A stretch of 64,000 nt of DNA from Lawsonibacter asaccharolyticus. GTDB taxonomy: Bacteria; Bacillota; Clostridia; Oscillospirales; Ruminococcaceae. The stretch is taken from the NCBI GenBank assembly GCA_963599235.1, contig CAVBWT010000012.1, forward strand, positions 3,147-67,146, in the 5' to 3' direction. A program made the position numbers and the translations under genes. Positions 62,811 to 64,000 of this stretch are shown piece after piece; position 1 is the first letter of the stretch, and every line of letters starts with the position of its first letter. The notes beneath the pieces are model-generated. The model saw nothing but the letters and a program-made list of their open reading frames with translations, was not told the origin of the DNA and ran no database searches.

Positions 62811-64000
62811 TTACTCTCTCTTATCCCGATCAATCGCCACGACAACGCCCGAAAGTGCCAGCAGAGCCAGCAGGTTGGGAACCGCCATCAGGCCGTTGAA
62901 AAAGTCGGCCATCGCCCAGACAAGGTCAACTTTCAGCGTCGAACCAACCAGAATGAACAGAACGACGATAACGCTGTAAATCGGAAGAGCCTTTTCCCCA
63001 AACAAAGACTTGAAGTTAGACTGACCGAAGAAATACCAGCCGATGATGGTCGAGAATGCAAAGAAGAACATGCAGATCGCGATAAAGATGGGGCCGAAGC
63101 CGCCGAATGCCTGACTGAACGCCGCCTGCGTGAGAGCGGTTCCGGTCAGACCCTCCGGGATAAGACCCGAGGTGATGAGGACAAGACCGGTAAGGGTCAG
63201 GACAACGAACGTATCAATAAAGACGCCAAGAATTGCAACGGCTCCCTGCTCCTGCGGATGCTTGACCTTTGCGAGAGCGTGCGCATGGGGCGTAGAACCC
63301 AGACCGGCTTCGTTGGAGAACAGACCACGCGCAACACCGAAGCGCATCGCCTGCTGAACCGTCACGCCAGCGACACCACCGGCGATGGCCTGCGGTTTGA
63401 ACGCCAGAACAAAGATTTGCGCAAAGGCACCGGGCAAAGCCTTGTAATTCAGCACAAGGATGACGAGACAGCCAAGGATGTAGAACGCCGCCATGATGGG
63501 AACGACCTTTTCCGTGACTGCTGCGATGCGCTGAACTCCGCCCAGAAAGATAAATGCCGCGATTGCCGCCGTGATGACACCAACAATGACCCGGTTGACG
63601 CCAAAGGCATTGTGGAAGGCATCACCAATGGAATTGGACTGCACCATATTGCCCATGAAGCCCAGAGCCAGAATGATCAGCACCGAGAAGATACCGGCCA
63701 AAATCTTGCCGAACCTGCCCTTGAAGGCCGCACGGATATAGTAGACCGGGCCGCCGGTAACTTTACCGTTCACTGTGGTCTTGTAGTGCTGGGCGAGAAC
63801 CGCTTCGGCGTAGATAGTCGCCATACCGAAGAAGGCGGACACCCACGTCCAGAACAAGGCTCCCGGGCCGCCGCTGACCAGTGCGGTGGCACAGCCGGTG
63901 ATGTTGCCGGTGCCGACCTGCGCTGCAATGGCCGTTGCCAATGCCTGAAAACTGCTCATGCCCTCATCGTCAGCTTTTTTGCCACGGAGCGTAAAATCGC
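62811..64000 (-). CDS. Alanine/glycine:cation symporter (AGCS) family transporter, 5' end beyond the window
   Basis: SSFQALATAIAAQVGTGNITG signature. My translation shows the frame stays open upstream of the track ATG to the window edge (DFTLRGKKADDEGMSSFQ...). Confidence 0.85.
   Translation of the reverse strand, partial: DFTLRGKKADDEGMSSFQALATAIAAQVGTGNITGCATALVSGGPGALFWTWVSAFFGMATIYAEAVLAQHYKTTVNGKVTGGPVYYIRAAFKGRFGKILAGIFSVLIILALGFMGNMVQSNSIGDAFHNAFGVNRVIVGVITAAIAAFIFLGGVQRIAAVTEKVVPIMAAFYILGCLVILVLNYKALPGAFAQIFVLAFKPQAIAGGVAGVTVQQAMRFGVARGLFSNEAGLGSTPHAHALAKVKHPQEQGAVAILGVFIDTFVVLTLTGLVLITSGLIPEGLTGTALTQAAFSQAFGGFGPIFIAICMFFFAFSTIIGWYFFGQSNFKSLFGEKALPIYSVIVVLFILVGSTLKVDLVWAMADFFNGLMAVPNLLALLALSGVVVAIDRDKRE

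Overview
A 64-kb chromosomal segment from a Gram-positive, Clostridia-type genome. Hand-counted 60-nt lines give about 60% GC in genes. Gene content and synteny resemble Oscillospiraceae/Ruminococcaceae, but that taxon call is inference only. I support about 54 protein-coding genes, densely packed, with many ATGA/TTGA/TAATG start-stop overlaps. The content is overwhelmingly housekeeping, and almost everything from 1.6 to 56.7 kb is on the minus strand. In minus-strand transcription order (high to low coordinates) the genes run: rarA, fur-family, miaB, ylbF/ymcA-like, mutS, mutL, miaA, orphan HlyD-like, sepF, ylmH, divIVA, ileS, lspA, rluD, HAD, ppk1, M23/M50 peptidase pair, radical-SAM pair, rplS, lepB, rbgA, rnhB, yraN, thrC, metallophosphoesterase, tig, clpP, clpX, aminotransferase, secDF, nrdR. 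Then come an accessory-looking block, hprK, murB, rapZ, whiA, dnaE and pfkA. The accessory-looking block (10.2-18.5 kb) holds a plus-strand Na/Pi-cotransporter(PhoU)-response regulator-histidine kinase operon, a minus-strand compact GerA-type operon, and a plus-strand DUF421-DUF4363 pair. The right end (56.9-62.8 kb, plus strand) carries nth, a GlsB-family membrane protein and a MarR-controlled heterodimeric ABC exporter, followed by a convergent alanine:cation symporter that runs off the edge. The left end is an AT-rich (about 40% GC) stretch holding the 5' part of a glycosyltransferase gene and 1.1 kb with no convincing gene. By eye I found no rRNA, tRNA, CRISPR array, transposase, integrase, phage or recognisable defence genes, and I see no clear-cut novel multi-gene system. 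The best second-look candidates are these: (1) the miniaturised GerA-like operon with a sigma-G-like promoter, divergent from DUF421/DUF4363; (2) an array of PhoP-type TTTACA repeats in front of the Na/Pi-PhoU two-component operon, with a similar pair upstream of ppk1; (3) the uncharacterised TIGR03960/TIGR03936 radical-SAM pair; (4) a 131-aa Lys/Pro/Ala-rich tail on PPK1; (5) an ABC half-transporter with a roughly 160-aa extracytoplasmic insertion; (6) the AT-rich, gene-poor left end with twin terminator hairpins that share one core sequence. All functional calls rest on motif recognition from the translated ORFs and on remembered family knowledge. No searches were run.
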